Below, in pieces: positions 42,701 through 53,111 of a stretch of 64,000 nt of DNA. Below the pieces are notes generated by a model. That model worked only from the letters and a program-made list of their open reading frames with translations, was not told the DNA's origin and ran no database searches. Made by a program: the position numbers and the translations under genes. The DNA lies in assembly GCA_958349325.1 (NCBI GenBank), contig CATWCP010000003.1:2899-66898 (forward strand), in the 5' to 3' direction. The first letter of the stretch is position 1. Every line of letters begins with the position of its first letter. Origin of the DNA: an uncultured Collinsella sp. (GTDB taxonomy: Bacteria > Actinomycetota > Coriobacteriia > Coriobacteriales > Coriobacteriaceae).

Positions 42701-45532
42701 CTACTCCCCCAGCAGGGCCTTCTCGGGCGTGATCGGAAGCGAGCGGACCTGGTGTCCGGTGGCGTGCGCCACTGCCGAGGCCACGGCGGCGAGCGGCGTG
42801 TTGATGACGACCTCGCCGATCGACTTGGCACCAAACGGGCCCGTCGGCTCGTAGCTCGGCTCAAAGGCCACGCGAATGCTGCCGATATCCAGGCGCGTGG
42901 GTAGCTTGTAGCTCATAAAGTTGCCGGTGCGCAGGCGACCGCGGTCGTCGTGCTCGACGATCTCGTAGAGCGCGTGACCGATGCCTTGAGCAATGCCGCC
43001 CTCGGCCTGGACGCGCGCGAGCGCCTCGTTAATCACGGTGCCGCAATCGACGGCCGCCGCGTAGTCCACCACGGTCACCTTGCCAGTGGCCTTGTCGACC
43101 TCGACCTCGGCAATGCCAGCCATAAACGGCGGGGGCGAAACGGGCAGGCAGGCAGAGGCGTGCGAGGTCAGCGCATCGCCACCCGCGATGTTCTTGACAC
43201 ACAGGTTGGCAAAGTCGCGCAGCGTAAGGTAGCGACCGCGCTCGCGAGCGGCGCGCTCGTCGGACAGGCGCACATACTGGCCGTCGAAGACCACGTCAGC
43301 GGCGTCAACGTCCCACATCTGGGCGGCCTTGGCGCAAATCTTCTCGCGCAGCTCGGTCGCGGCGTTCTTGGCGGCAAGGCCCGTCACGTACGTACCCGAG
43401 CTCGCGTACGAGCCGGCGTCGAACGGCGACACATCGGTGTCTACGCCGCGCACCACAATCTGCGAGCTCTCCACGCCCAGCTCCTCGGCAGCAATCTGCG
43501 CCAGAATCGTATCGACACCCATGCCGTTATCGGTAGCGCCGGTGCCGATGGTAATGAAGCCGTCCTCTTCCAGGCGCATGTCGATGCCGGCGATGTCCAC
43601 GTTGGAGATACCCGAGCCCTGCATGGTAAGCGCGCAGCCCAGGGCGCGCACGCGGTCGCCCAGGTCCACGGCCAGCGGCTTGTTGCGCCAGCCGATCATG
43701 TCCATCGCGCGCAGCAGGCAGCGGTCGAGCGCGCAGGCGTTGAGCTTCTCGTTGTAGTACTGCGGCATGACCTCGCCCTCGCGCACAATGTTCTTAAGGC
43801 GCAGGTCGGCGGGATCCATGTGCAGCATGTCGGCGAGCTCGTTGACGGCGCTCTCCACGGCAAACTGGCCCTGGGTGGCACCGTAACCGCGATACGCGCC
43901 GCCGCGGTTGGTATTGGTGTAGACGGCGTCCCAGCTAAAGCGGCTCGCCTTCACGTGGTTGTAGATGGGCAGGCTCTTGTGGCCCGAGAGGCCGATCGTC
44001 GTGGTGGCGTGCTCGCCATAGGCGCCGGCGTTGGACAGCGTATGCAGATCGATGGCCGTGATAGTGCCGTCGTTCATGGCGCCCAGCTTAACGGTCATCT
44101 GCATCTGGTGACGCGAGTTGCCCGCGGTGATGGTCTCCTCGCGCGTGTAGCAGCAGTAGCTCGGACGGCCGGTCTGCTGCGTCACAAACGCCACGAAGAT
44201 CTCGCAGCAGCCCGTCTGCTTGGAACCAAAGCCGCCACCGATGCGCGGCTTAATGACCTGCACCTGCGACTGCGGGATATCGAGCGACTGCGCGACCATG
44301 CGGCGCACGTGGAAGGGCACCTGCGTGGAGGTGGTCACCGAGATACGCCCGAACGCGTCGGTCGTCGCGAAGGCGCGGAAGGTTTCCATGGGCGCGGTCT
44401 GCGTGGCCTGGCTGGTGTAGGTGCGCTCAAAGACGATGTCACTCTGGGCGAATGCCTCGTCGAGGTTGCCAAAATCGCTGGTACCGCTGCACACCAGGTT
44501 GCGGGGCACGTCGCCGCCCTGCGGGAACATAAAGGTCACGTCGCCCTCTGGGTGAACCACGATGTCGTTATCGAGTGCCTTGGTAAAGTCGAGCAGCGGC
44601 TCAAGCACCTCATAGTCGACCTTAATGAGTTTGAGCGCCTTGTCGGCAGCCTCCTCAGTCTCGGCGGCGACGATCGCCACCTCCTCGTTTTGGTAACGGA
44701 CGAGGTTCTCGAGAATCAGGCGGTCGTAGGGACTCGGCTGCGGATAGCTCTGGCCGGCGATGGTAAAGCGGCGCTTGGGCACGTCCTCGTAGGTGTAGAC
44801 GCCCACGACGCCGGGCACCTTCAGGGCGCGCGACGTATCGATGGAGCGGATCTTGGCGCGGGCATACGGGCTGCGCTTGAGCTTGACGATCAGGGCGCCG
44901 GCGGGCACCAAGTCGCCCGTGTAGACGGGACGCCCCTCGAGCAGGGCCTTCGAGTCCTTCTTGGGCTGCTTGTGAGTGATCTGCTTGTAGGAGACACCGT
45001 CGCAGCTGGTGTCGTTGACCGGCAGCTCGGGCATCTCGAAGCCCACCTGCACGCCGAACTCGTTGAGGAAGCGCACGATGGCGCGCAGCTGGCTCTCGTA
45101 GCCGCTGCAACGGCAGAGGTTGCCGGCAAGCTGGCGCGAGAGCTCCTCGCGCGTGGCGACGAGGCTCGGGTCCTCCTTGGCGGCGCGGGCAAGCGCCAGC
45201 ACGTTCATAATGAGGCCGGGGGCGCAAAAACCGCACTGCTCGGCGCCTTCGGCAGCCATCGCACGGGCCAGCGCCTCAGACTCGGCTTTGAGGCCCTCGA
45301 GCGTGGTGATGGTGTGGCCCTCGACGCGAGCGGCGGGAACCGAGCAGCTCAGCACCGGGTCGCCGTCGAGCCACACCGTGCACAGGCCGCAGTTGGTGGT
45401 CTCACAGGCGCAGCGCACCGACGCACAACCCTGCTCGCGCAGCAACGCGAAGAGCATGGTATCGGGGGCAATCTGAACCTTGACCTTGCGGCCGTTGAGC
45501 GTAAAGGAAAGATCGATGAGTTTGGCAGCCAT
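42701..45532 (-). CDS. Xanthine dehydrogenase-family molybdopterin subunit fused to an N-terminal 2x[2Fe-2S] domain
   Basis: CETTNCGLC, QCGFC, GNLCRC, IGGGFGSK, YRGYG and GAKSIGE motifs. Confidence 0.92.
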   Translation of the reverse strand: MAAKLIDLSFTLNGRKVKVQIAPDTMLFALLREQGCASVRCACETTNCGLCTVWLDGDPVLSCSVPAARVEGHTITTLEGLKAESEALARAMAAEGAEQCGFCAPGLIMNVLALARAAKEDPSLVATREELSRQLAGNLCRCSGYESQLRAIVRFLNEFGVQVGFEMPELPVNDTSCDGVSYKQITHKQPKKDSKALLEGRPVYTGDLVPAGALIVKLKRSPYARAKIRSIDTSRALKVPGVVGVYTYEDVPKRRFTIAGQSYPQPSPYDRLILENLVRYQNEEVAIVAAETEEAADKALKLIKVDYEVLEPLLDFTKALDNDIVVHPEGDVTFMFPQGGDVPRNLVCSGTSDFGNLDEAFAQSDIVFERTYTSQATQTAPMETFRAFATTDAFGRISVTTSTQVPFHVRRMVAQSLDIPQSQVQVIKPRIGGGFGSKQTGCCEIFVAFVTQQTGRPSYCCYTREETITAGNSRHQMQMTVKLGAMNDGTITAIDLHTLSNAGAYGEHATTTIGLSGHKSLPIYNHVKASRFSWDAVYTNTNRGGAYRGYGATQGQFAVESAVNELADMLHMDPADLRLKNIVREGEVMPQYYNEKLNACALDRCLLRAMDMIGWRNKPLAVDLGDRVRALGCALTMQGSGISNVDIAGIDMRLEEDGFITIGTGATDNGMGVDTILAQIAAEELGVESSQIVVRGVDTDVSPFDAGSYASSGTYVTGLAAKNAATELREKICAKAAQMWDVDAADVVFDGQYVRLSDERAARERGRYLTLRDFANLCVKNIAGGDALTSHASACLPVSPPPFMAGIAEVEVDKATGKVTVVDYAAAVDCGTVINEALARVQAEGGIAQGIGHALYEIVEHDDRGRLRTGNFMSYKLPTRLDIGSIRVAFEPSYEPTGPFGAKSIGEVVINTPLAAVASAVAHATGHQVRSLPITPEKALLGE

Positions 45533-46446
45533 TAGCGCACCTCGCTAGAATCGACGCCGGGCACGCAACGGCAGGAATACTCGTCCGTGGCGAACTTAGG
45601 AATCTGCACGGTCTCGAGCTCGCGGGCAAGCGCGGCCGAAAGCTCGATGCCGGCGGCGCGGCGCACGGCCTGGATGGCGAGCGGGGCCGAGATGCGGCGG
45701 CGGTAGTCGGCCGAGCCCCACAGGTTGGTGCCGTAGCCCAGCGAGCGCACGGATGCGGCCAGGGCGCGAAGCTCGTCCTCGGAAGGATGCTCGTTGGTAA
45801 GGCCGCACGCCTCGCCCTGCAGCAGGGTCGCGCGCAGCGGGCGGGCGCCCACGGTGACGTGCCAGGAGCCGTCCCACCAGGCGGCGGTGACGTTGAGCGA
45901 GGGGAAGTCGGTCGCGGCCTTGCGCACGGCCTCGTAGCTCGCGCGGTAGTCGTGCTTGACGACCACGACATGCTCGATAACGTCGCGCACGTAACCCATG
46001 TCGACGAACTCCGCGAGCGGCACGCGGCCGGCGCCCGTCAGCTCTACATAGGAATCGAGCGCGAGGAAGGCGGAGAGCACGTCCGAGAAGCCAAAGCGGC
46101 CGTAGATGCTGCCGCCCACCGTAGCGGTATTGCGCAGCTGCACGCCCACGATATCGTGGACGGCGAACTCAAAGACGTTGTTGACAAGCGCGTTGAGCTC
46201 GACATGGCGCTCGAGCTGGCGCAGGGTGCACATGGCACCGATGCGAAACTCGGTCTCGGTCTCCTCGATCTGATCGAGTCCGCAGGCCGAAAGGTCAATC
46301 GCCGTCGCCACGCGACGCGAACCCAGGCGCATCCAGATGCCGCCGCCCACAATCTTGTTGTTGCGGTTCTTCTGTAAGAGCTCATAGGCTTCGGCCGCGT
46401 TTCCAACACGGACGTAGGTACCGAACTTGAGCACGTTCTCCCCCAT
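45532..46446 (-). CDS. Xanthine dehydrogenase-family FAD-binding subunit
   Basis: IVGGG, IGAMCTL and QLRNTATVGGSI motifs. Confidence 0.9.
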   Translation of the reverse strand: MGENVLKFGTYVRVGNAAEAYELLQKNRNNKIVGGGIWMRLGSRRVATAIDLSACGLDQIEETETEFRIGAMCTLRQLERHVELNALVNNVFEFAVHDIVGVQLRNTATVGGSIYGRFGFSDVLSAFLALDSYVELTGAGRVPLAEFVDMGYVRDVIEHVVVVKHDYRASYEAVRKAATDFPSLNVTAAWWDGSWHVTVGARPLRATLLQGEACGLTNEHPSEDELRALAASVRSLGYGTNLWGSADYRRRISAPLAIQAVRRAAGIELSAALARELETVQIPKFATDEYSCRCVPGVDSSEVR

Positions 46447-46621
46447 CTCTCCACTTGTCCAGTACGTTTAAGTGTACCAAACGAGGGGCCGCACACCGTT
46501 TTAGGACAAAATCCACCCACCCATACATAACTTGCGGTGATATACGGACTGATTAGCCGTTCTGGAACGCAAAACAGTCCGTATATCACCGCAAGTTATG
46601 AGGAGTCCTCCGGGATAGAAA

Positions 46622-46649
46622 AGGCTCCCAGCCGGATAGCTGGGAGCCT
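46622..46649 (-). terminator. gdhA terminator
   Basis: AGGCTCCCAGC-CGGATA-GCTGGGAGCCT followed by a U run on the minus strand. Confidence 0.7.
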
Positions 46650-46675
46650 CATCACATGCTATATCGAGCGAAGAT

Positions 46676-48031
46676 TTAGCAGACGCCCTGGGCGAGCATG
46701 GCGTCGGCGACCTTCAGGAAGCCGGCGATGTTGGCGCCCATGACGAAGTTGCCCTCCTGGCCATACTCCTTGGCGGTGTCGTCCACGTTGTGGAACATGC
46801 CGCGCATGAGCTGCTCGAGCTTGCCATCGACCTCCTCGAAGGTCCAGGACAGGTGCTCGGCGTTCTGGCTCATCTCCAGGCCGGACACGAGCACGCCGCC
46901 GGCGTTGGCAGCCTTACCGGGCATAAAGGCGACGCCGTTCTCCTGGAAGTAGGTCGTGGCCTCGATGGTCGTAGGCATGTTCGCGCCCTCGCCGACCACC
47001 TTGCAGCCGTTGGCGACGAGTGCCTGGGCGTCCTCGAGCAGCAGCGTGTTCTCGCGAGCGCAGGGCAGCGCGATGTCGCAGGGAAGCTGCCACACGCCGC
47101 GGCCGTCGCCCTCGTGCCACACGGCGTTAGGCTTCTCGTCAACGTACATAGCGAGCGTAACGCCCTTGTCGTGGCCAGAGCGCTTCTTGTTGTAGATGTG
47201 CTCGAGCACGGTGTAGTCGATGCCGTCGGGATCCTCTACCCAGCCGTGGGTATCGGAGCAGGCGAGCACCTTGCCACCGAGCTGAGTGACCTTCTGGACC
47301 GCATAGATAGCGACGTTGCCGGAGCCGTGAACGACGACGTTCTTGCCCTCGAAGGAGTCGCCGCGGCTCTTAAGGTACTCGTCCACAAAGTAGGCCAGAC
47401 CGTAACCGGTGGCCTCGGTACGGGCGAGCGAGCCGCCAAAGGAGAGGCCCTTGCCGGTAAGAACGCCGGTCCACTCGTTGGTCAGGCGCTTGTACTGACC
47501 GAACAGGTAGGCAACCTCGCGGCCGCCAACGCCCAGGTCGCCGGCGGGAACGTCGGTGTTGGGGCCAATGTGGCGATAGAGCTCGGTCATGAAGGACTGG
47601 CAGAAGTGCATGATCTCGTTGTTGGACTTGCCCTTGGGGTCAAAGTCGGAGCCGCCCTTGCCGCCGCCCATGGGAAGGGTGGTCAGGCTGTTCTTGAGGA
47701 TCTGCTCCAGACCCAGGAACTTGAGCATACCCAGGGTGACCGTCGGGTTAAAGCGCAGGCCGCCCTTGTAGGGTCCAATGGCAGAGTTGAACTCGACGCG
47801 ATAGCCGCGGTTGACCTGAACCTTGCCCTGGTCGTCGACCCAGGGAACACGGAACATGACGATGCGCTCGGGCTCGACGAGGCGCTCCAGCAGGGCGGCC
47901 TCCTCGTACTCGGGATGGGCGTCGAGCGCCGGCTGGATGGTGCCGAGGATCTCGGTCGCGGCCTGGATGAACTCAGGCTGCTCGGGATAGCGGGCCTTGA
48001 GCTCTTCGAGAACTTTCTGCGTGTAGCTCAT
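46676..48031 (-). CDS. gdhA: NADP-specific glutamate dehydrogenase
   Basis: GPYKGGLRF, MGGGKGGSDFDPK, GSGNVA and EGANMP motifs. Confidence 0.96.
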   Translation of the reverse strand: MSYTQKVLEELKARYPEQPEFIQAATEILGTIQPALDAHPEYEEAALLERLVEPERIVMFRVPWVDDQGKVQVNRGYRVEFNSAIGPYKGGLRFNPTVTLGMLKFLGLEQILKNSLTTLPMGGGKGGSDFDPKGKSNNEIMHFCQSFMTELYRHIGPNTDVPAGDLGVGGREVAYLFGQYKRLTNEWTGVLTGKGLSFGGSLARTEATGYGLAYFVDEYLKSRGDSFEGKNVVVHGSGNVAIYAVQKVTQLGGKVLACSDTHGWVEDPDGIDYTVLEHIYNKKRSGHDKGVTLAMYVDEKPNAVWHEGDGRGVWQLPCDIALPCARENTLLLEDAQALVANGCKVVGEGANMPTTIEATTYFQENGVAFMPGKAANAGGVLVSGLEMSQNAEHLSWTFEEVDGKLEQLMRGMFHNVDDTAKEYGQEGNFVMGANIAGFLKVADAMLAQGVC

Positions 48032-48282
48032 GCTTCCTCCAATTGATGGAAAAGAAAAGTGTCGTTCGAGGCGCCCCATGCGCCGCGAGCTTTATCGAGT
48101 ATGGATAATATCGCACTGTTGCAGCAAAGTTTCGCATAAGCCGACGAGCGGATGTTTCGTTTTGATTACGATGCAGGTAGAAGCGTTTTTGAGCACCCGA
48201 CGCGCAAATCGCGTGTTTCGAAGCTGTTTCGTCCACGTGTTCCAAACCACCACATTGGGCACCTTTGTGGTGGTGTTGGTGG

Positions 48283-48678
48283 TTAGAGGACGAGCTGATG
48301 GTAGTCGGCAGGGGTTATGCGGCCCTCGGTGGCGGCGCGGAAGGCGGCGAGCGCATCGCCCGAGAACGGCATGGCCCAGCACAGCCCGCAGCCGGCGGTG
48401 ATGGAGCCGGGCAAAGGCATAATGCGCCCGGGCACGCCGGCATCCAGGCAAAGCTGCTCGCACTCCATCACATCGAAGGTGCTGTCGAACGAAACGATAA
48501 TCTTGCGCTCGTGGTCGAGGGCATCACCGGACGGGCCTTCGCGATGTGCCTCGCGATACGCCGCGGCGGCCGCTTCCTCTTCCGCAGTATGTCCACAGCC
48601 ACCGCAGCCGCAGGTACAGGGCTCGGAACCATCGCAAGTGCAAGGCTCTCCCGTGTCGGGACAAATATCGTGAGACAT
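48283..48678 (-). CDS. DUF3343-like protein with a Cys-rich N-terminus
   Basis: FDSTFDVM...PLPGSITAGCGL motif. Confidence 0.7.
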   Translation of the reverse strand: MSHDICPDTGEPCTCDGSEPCTCGCGGCGHTAEEEAAAAAYREAHREGPSGDALDHERKIIVSFDSTFDVMECEQLCLDAGVPGRIMPLPGSITAGCGLCWAMPFSGDALAAFRAATEGRITPADYHQLVL

Positions 48679-48693
48679 GGCAACTCCAATCGT

Positions 48694-49326
48694 CTAGGCG
48701 AGTAACTCGGCCGCCGCAAACTCCTCGGGCGTATTGACGTTTTCGAAGCAGAGCGTCGAGCCCGCGGCCTTAACGATCTGCGGTTCATCCATATAACCAG
48801 CCTGAACGCGATTGATCAGGCAGCGAATGCGCTGGCGGTCGCAGGCAAGCAGCTCTTGGGCAACCGGCGCACATGCATCACGGCGCCAGACGGCGCAAAG
48901 CGGCTCAATCCCTTGCTCCTCGCGTGGCACGCACACGTCGATCGCCTCGGCCTCAAAACGATCGGCAAGCGCGCCGATGAGTTCCGGCGAGACAAACGGC
49001 ATATCGCAGGCGACGATCGCCACGAACGGCAATCGGGCCGCGGCCAACGAGCTCGCGATGCCACGCATGGCACCCGCCGGCCCCTCAAGGTCCGACACTA
49101 TTCGCGGCACTAGACCGCCAAACGTGCGCTCCTCAAGATAGGCAAGCTCGCTGGGGCGCGAAGTCGTCACGACCAACTCGCCGGCAACTGTCGCTAGCCG
49201 ACCCAGCACGCGCTCGATGAGCGGTTCGCCGCAAAACGTCATGCGCGCCTTATCTCGGCCCATGCGTGAGGACAGCCCGCCCGCTTGGACGACACAAGAA
49301 AGATCGGCACGTCTTACGGTAGTCAT
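48694..49326 (-). CDS. mobA: Molybdenum cofactor guanylyltransferase
   Basis: AGGLSSRMGRDKA, ACDMPF, EPLCAVW and NVNTPEE motifs. Confidence 0.92.
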   Translation of the reverse strand: MTTVRRADLSCVVQAGGLSSRMGRDKARMTFCGEPLIERVLGRLATVAGELVVTTSRPSELAYLEERTFGGLVPRIVSDLEGPAGAMRGIASSLAAARLPFVAIVACDMPFVSPELIGALADRFEAEAIDVCVPREEQGIEPLCAVWRRDACAPVAQELLACDRQRIRCLINRVQAGYMDEPQIVKAAGSTLCFENVNTPEEFAAAELLA

Positions 49327-49481
49327 ACGGCAAAACACCTCCATCGGCACGTTCAAAGCCCAACGCACGGGACCAATTACCGTAGGCGAAAAGGAAGGCG
49401 ACACGGCAAACCCATGCAAAAATAAAACAGCGCCTTTGCGGCACGCAGCAAGACCGCGAGCACAAAAGCGCTGGTAGCGTA

Positions 49482-49578
49482 TGGCGGGAACGTATGTGAA
49501 TCGAACACATCCAAGACGTTTTGCACGCCTCGCAACGGTTTTGAGGACCGCGGAGCCCACCGGAGCCCATCCGTTCCC
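49482..49578 (-). tRNA. selC: tRNA-Sec(TCA)
   Basis: 97 nt; 6-bp D stem with 4-nt loop; GCGGT-CCTCAAA-ACCGT anticodon arm; long variable arm; GCCA end; directly after selB. Confidence 0.95.
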
Positions 49579-49614
49579 AAGTGCGGCGGTATTTTACCAA
49601 ACCGAGCAGCCAAT

Positions 49615-51582
49615 CTAGCGCAGGGAGCGCAGGCCGCCGGCATCCTTGTCGAGGACTGTGAAGCGTACGGCATCCAGGTGCTCCAAGATGCTGATGGCAC
49701 GTTTGCGCGACACGCCCAGGGCCTCGCGCAGCACGCTCGTGGTGGCAGCGCCGCCGGCTGCCTCAATGGCGGCGGCGACGAGTTCGCGCGCATGGGCCTC
49801 GGCGGTAGTGGACAGGGCAACGTCGCGTTCGACCTTAACGATCGAGCGGTTGAGCGAAAGCTCGCGCAGGGCACGCGTCATGGTGTCGCGGCCGAGCTGC
49901 AGTTGTTCGCCTACCTCGGGCAACGTCGGCGCATCGAGGCCGGCCCCATCGAGCAGCGCCACGATGCGCTCACACGCCTCATGCACCACGCGTGCCGCCG
50001 CGGCGGCCGAATGCGGATCGAATACCTCGGCGCCCTCGGCGGCGCACACGCCACGCGAGCAGCCCTCGGCAATCAGAGCCGAGGCAACGCCTTCATCAGC
50101 GGCAGGCCACGCAGCATGGGCAACGGCGCCAGGCGTAAAGCCCGTCTCCTTGGGAGCCGCCGCGTGCATGGCCGACAGGGTCGCCGCCAGCGCATCCATA
50201 GCGGCGTCGAGCGCGGAAGAATCTGCATACAGCGAGCCATCCGAGCCAGCAAGCGCGCAAGCAGCGCCCTGCGCCACCAGCCCGCGCAGCGCGGTATCGA
50301 CCTCGCCGATACCAAGATCAAAACCCCTAGCAACATCAACGGCCGCAACCGGCAACGTCTGCAGCGCCAGCCACGCCTCAACAACAGCGGCGGTATCGCC
50401 GGCCTCAAGCGCCACATACAGCGCACGCTCTCCTTCGGCAAGCTCGCGCGAACGACGGCAACGCGAAAGCAGCACACGCCCGCCGCCAATGAGCATAACG
50501 GGCGAATACGACAGCACCACAGCATGGTCTCCGGCTCGCAGCGGCAGCGGCTCCTCCAAGCGCACCTGCACGGTACGGGTCTCGCCCACCGCCATGGGGG
50601 CCTCGCCCTCCATAAGCATGATGCGGCCGACAACCTCGGCCGTACCCGCCATCACATGCACGCGCGCGCCCGACTCGAGCACACGCGGTTTAGCGCCCTC
50701 GCGGCCCAGGTAGGTAAACGTCATCATAAAGCGCAGCGTCTGGCCAAAACGGCCCTCCACGCCGAGCATCTCGCCGCGATCGAGCGCGGCGACAGCATCG
50801 CCCACCAAGTTGAGCGCCACACGCTGACCGGGCAACGCCTGCTGCGTGTCGCCATGCACCTGGATCCCGCGTACGCGGCAGACCGTGCGCGACGGCAGCG
50901 CGACGAGCTCATCGCCCACCGCAACCGGCGCATCGTGCAGCGTTCCCGTCACGACGGTGCCGGCGCCCTTGATCGTAAAGCAGCGGTCAATCGGCAGGCG
51001 CGGCGCGGCATCGCTCCGCTCGGCACGCTCGCGACAGGTATCCCAGCAGACACCCACCTGCTCGTCGAGCACCGCAAGCAGCCCGTCAATCCCCTCGCCC
51101 GTCTTAGACGACACGGGCACAATTGGCGCGCCCGCAAACACAGTACCCGACAAAAAGTCATCGACATCGAGCTCGGCCAGATCAACCATCTCGCTATCGG
51201 CCAGGTCGCACATCGTCAGCGCGACCACCATGTGCGTAACGCCCAGCAGCTCCAGCACATGCACGTGCTCGCGGGTCTGCGGCATCACGCCCTCGACGGC
51301 CGAAACCACCAGCACGGCAACGTCGATACCCGTCGCACCCTGCACCATGGCGCGCAGGTAATGGGCATGCCCCGGCACGTCGACCAGGCCGACGATCTTG
51401 CCACTCGGCAGCGCCAGCTCGCCAAAGCCCAGCTCCACGGTCATACCGCGACGGCGCTCAACCTCAAGACGGTCGGGATTCTTGCCGGTCAACGCCTCGA
51501 TCAGTGCCGACTTACCGTGGTCGACGTGGCCCGCCGTGCCAACGATAACGGGACACTCCACCAGCGCCTGAACCTCACTCAT
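49615..51582 (-). CDS. selB: Selenocysteine-specific elongation factor
   Basis: GTAGHVDHGKS and DVPGH motifs; winged-helix tail LGVSRKRAISILEHLD. Confidence 0.96.
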   Translation of the reverse strand: MSEVQALVECPVIVGTAGHVDHGKSALIEALTGKNPDRLEVERRRGMTVELGFGELALPSGKIVGLVDVPGHAHYLRAMVQGATGIDVAVLVVSAVEGVMPQTREHVHVLELLGVTHMVVALTMCDLADSEMVDLAELDVDDFLSGTVFAGAPIVPVSSKTGEGIDGLLAVLDEQVGVCWDTCRERAERSDAAPRLPIDRCFTIKGAGTVVTGTLHDAPVAVGDELVALPSRTVCRVRGIQVHGDTQQALPGQRVALNLVGDAVAALDRGEMLGVEGRFGQTLRFMMTFTYLGREGAKPRVLESGARVHVMAGTAEVVGRIMLMEGEAPMAVGETRTVQVRLEEPLPLRAGDHAVVLSYSPVMLIGGGRVLLSRCRRSRELAEGERALYVALEAGDTAAVVEAWLALQTLPVAAVDVARGFDLGIGEVDTALRGLVAQGAACALAGSDGSLYADSSALDAAMDALAATLSAMHAAAPKETGFTPGAVAHAAWPAADEGVASALIAEGCSRGVCAAEGAEVFDPHSAAAAARVVHEACERIVALLDGAGLDAPTLPEVGEQLQLGRDTMTRALRELSLNRSIVKVERDVALSTTAEAHARELVAAAIEAAGGAATTSVLREALGVSRKRAISILEHLDAVRFTVLDKDAGGLRSLR

Positions 51583-53036
51583 CGAGCAATCGCCTTCTCA
51601 ACGCATGCGGCAAGCGTCGATGCCGCCGTCTCGATATCGCGGTCGCCCACAAGCGTACGGACGTCAAACAAAATGCGATCGTGCGAAGTTCGCGTGACGA
51701 CCGGCGTGTCGAAGTCCTGGACAAGCGAGCGCTTGAGCGCGTCGACGGACAGGCGCCCGTCGACCGGGCAGACGGCCACGCACATCGTGGGCAGCTCGAC
51801 GGTAGGCAGCGAACCACCACCGGGAGTCGACGACTCCTCGACGATCTCCACCTGAACGGCGCACGGGCAACCCGCCTTATCGAGGCCCGCCACCATCAGC
51901 TCGCGCAGTTTGCGTGCGCGGCGCTCCAGATGAGCCTGCGGTAGCGTAAGCATGCTGAGCACCGGCACCTCGCGATGGGCCACATCCGCCCCATCCATGT
52001 AGATGCGCAGTGTAGCCTCGAGCGCCGCCAGTGCGAGCTTGCCCGGGCGCAGGGCACGCATAAGCGGATGCGACCCGCAAGCCTGGACCAGATCGCGACG
52101 GCCCATGATAATGCCCGCCTGCGCGGCACCCAGCAGCTTATCGCCCGAGCACGACACAATATCGAGCCCCGCCGAAACCGAAGCCGGCGTGGTTTCTTCG
52201 CCGCCGCACACCAAGATGTCGTCGGGCAACAGCGCGCCCGAGCCCTGGTCCTCGTAGAACAGCAGACCATGCTTGTGGGCCAGGGCGGCAAGCTCCCGAG
52301 AGCCCACCTCTTCGTGAAAACCCTCGATGCGATAGTTGGAAGGATGGACCTTAAGGATCATCGCCGTATCGGGCGTGATGGCTTGCTCATAATCAGCCAG
52401 GTGCGTGCGGTTGGTGGCGCCGACCTCGACGAGTTTGGCGCCCGAAGCCGCCATGACATCGGGGATGCGGAAGCTGCCGCCGATCTCGACAAGCTCGCCG
52501 CGGCTGACGATAACCTCTTTGCCCGCAGCATGAGTCGCCAGCACCAGCAACACTGCGGCGGCATTGTTGTTGACGACCAGCGCATCCTCGGCACCGGTAA
52601 GCGAACGGATGAGCTGCGCGGCATGCTCCTTGCGCGACCCGCGCGAGCAGGTGTCCACGCTGTACTCGAGCGTACTGTACCCGCGCGCGACCTCGGCCAC
52701 GGCCTTGGCGGCCGATTCCGCGAGCGGGGCGCGACCCAGATTGGTATGGATAACAACACCCGTGGCGTTGACGGCAGGACGCAAGCTCGGCAGCGCGGAG
52801 CGATGCGCACGCCACTCGATGGCCGATGCCAGCTCGCGCTTGGAGCGCGGATCGGCGCCGGCACGAATCGCGGCGCGCTCCTCGTCGAGCTCGGCCGTGA
52901 CGGCGGCATGCACCACCGCGTCGCAGGTCTCCCCCGCCGCCTTCACCACCGGCCACTCGGCAAGCAGCTCGTTGACGGAAGGAATGGCGCGCAGGCGGGC
53001 GCGTACCTCATCGGACATGTTCTGGCTATCGCTCAT
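51579..53036 (-). CDS. selA: L-seryl-tRNA(Sec) selenium transferase
   Basis: NATGVVIHTNLGRA, SRGELVEIGGSFR and SGDKLLG motifs. Confidence 0.97.
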   Translation of the reverse strand: MSDSQNMSDEVRARLRAIPSVNELLAEWPVVKAAGETCDAVVHAAVTAELDEERAAIRAGADPRSKRELASAIEWRAHRSALPSLRPAVNATGVVIHTNLGRAPLAESAAKAVAEVARGYSTLEYSVDTCSRGSRKEHAAQLIRSLTGAEDALVVNNNAAAVLLVLATHAAGKEVIVSRGELVEIGGSFRIPDVMAASGAKLVEVGATNRTHLADYEQAITPDTAMILKVHPSNYRIEGFHEEVGSRELAALAHKHGLLFYEDQGSGALLPDDILVCGGEETTPASVSAGLDIVSCSGDKLLGAAQAGIIMGRRDLVQACGSHPLMRALRPGKLALAALEATLRIYMDGADVAHREVPVLSMLTLPQAHLERRARKLRELMVAGLDKAGCPCAVQVEIVEESSTPGGGSLPTVELPTMCVAVCPVDGRLSVDALKRSLVQDFDTPVVTRTSHDRILFDVRTLVGDRDIETAASTLAACVEKAIAR

Positions 53037-53111
53037 GTGCAGCCTTTCAAAACCAAGGACAGATCAGTCGGTCGTTCATCAAAAACTAGCCGAATCAATC
53101 TGCTGAATCAA

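Noticed and set aside
49327..49560. N-terminal extension of mobA in the ORF track
   Set aside because: It overlaps tRNA-Sec; ATG 49326 has a GGAGG RBS and gives a normal-length MobA.
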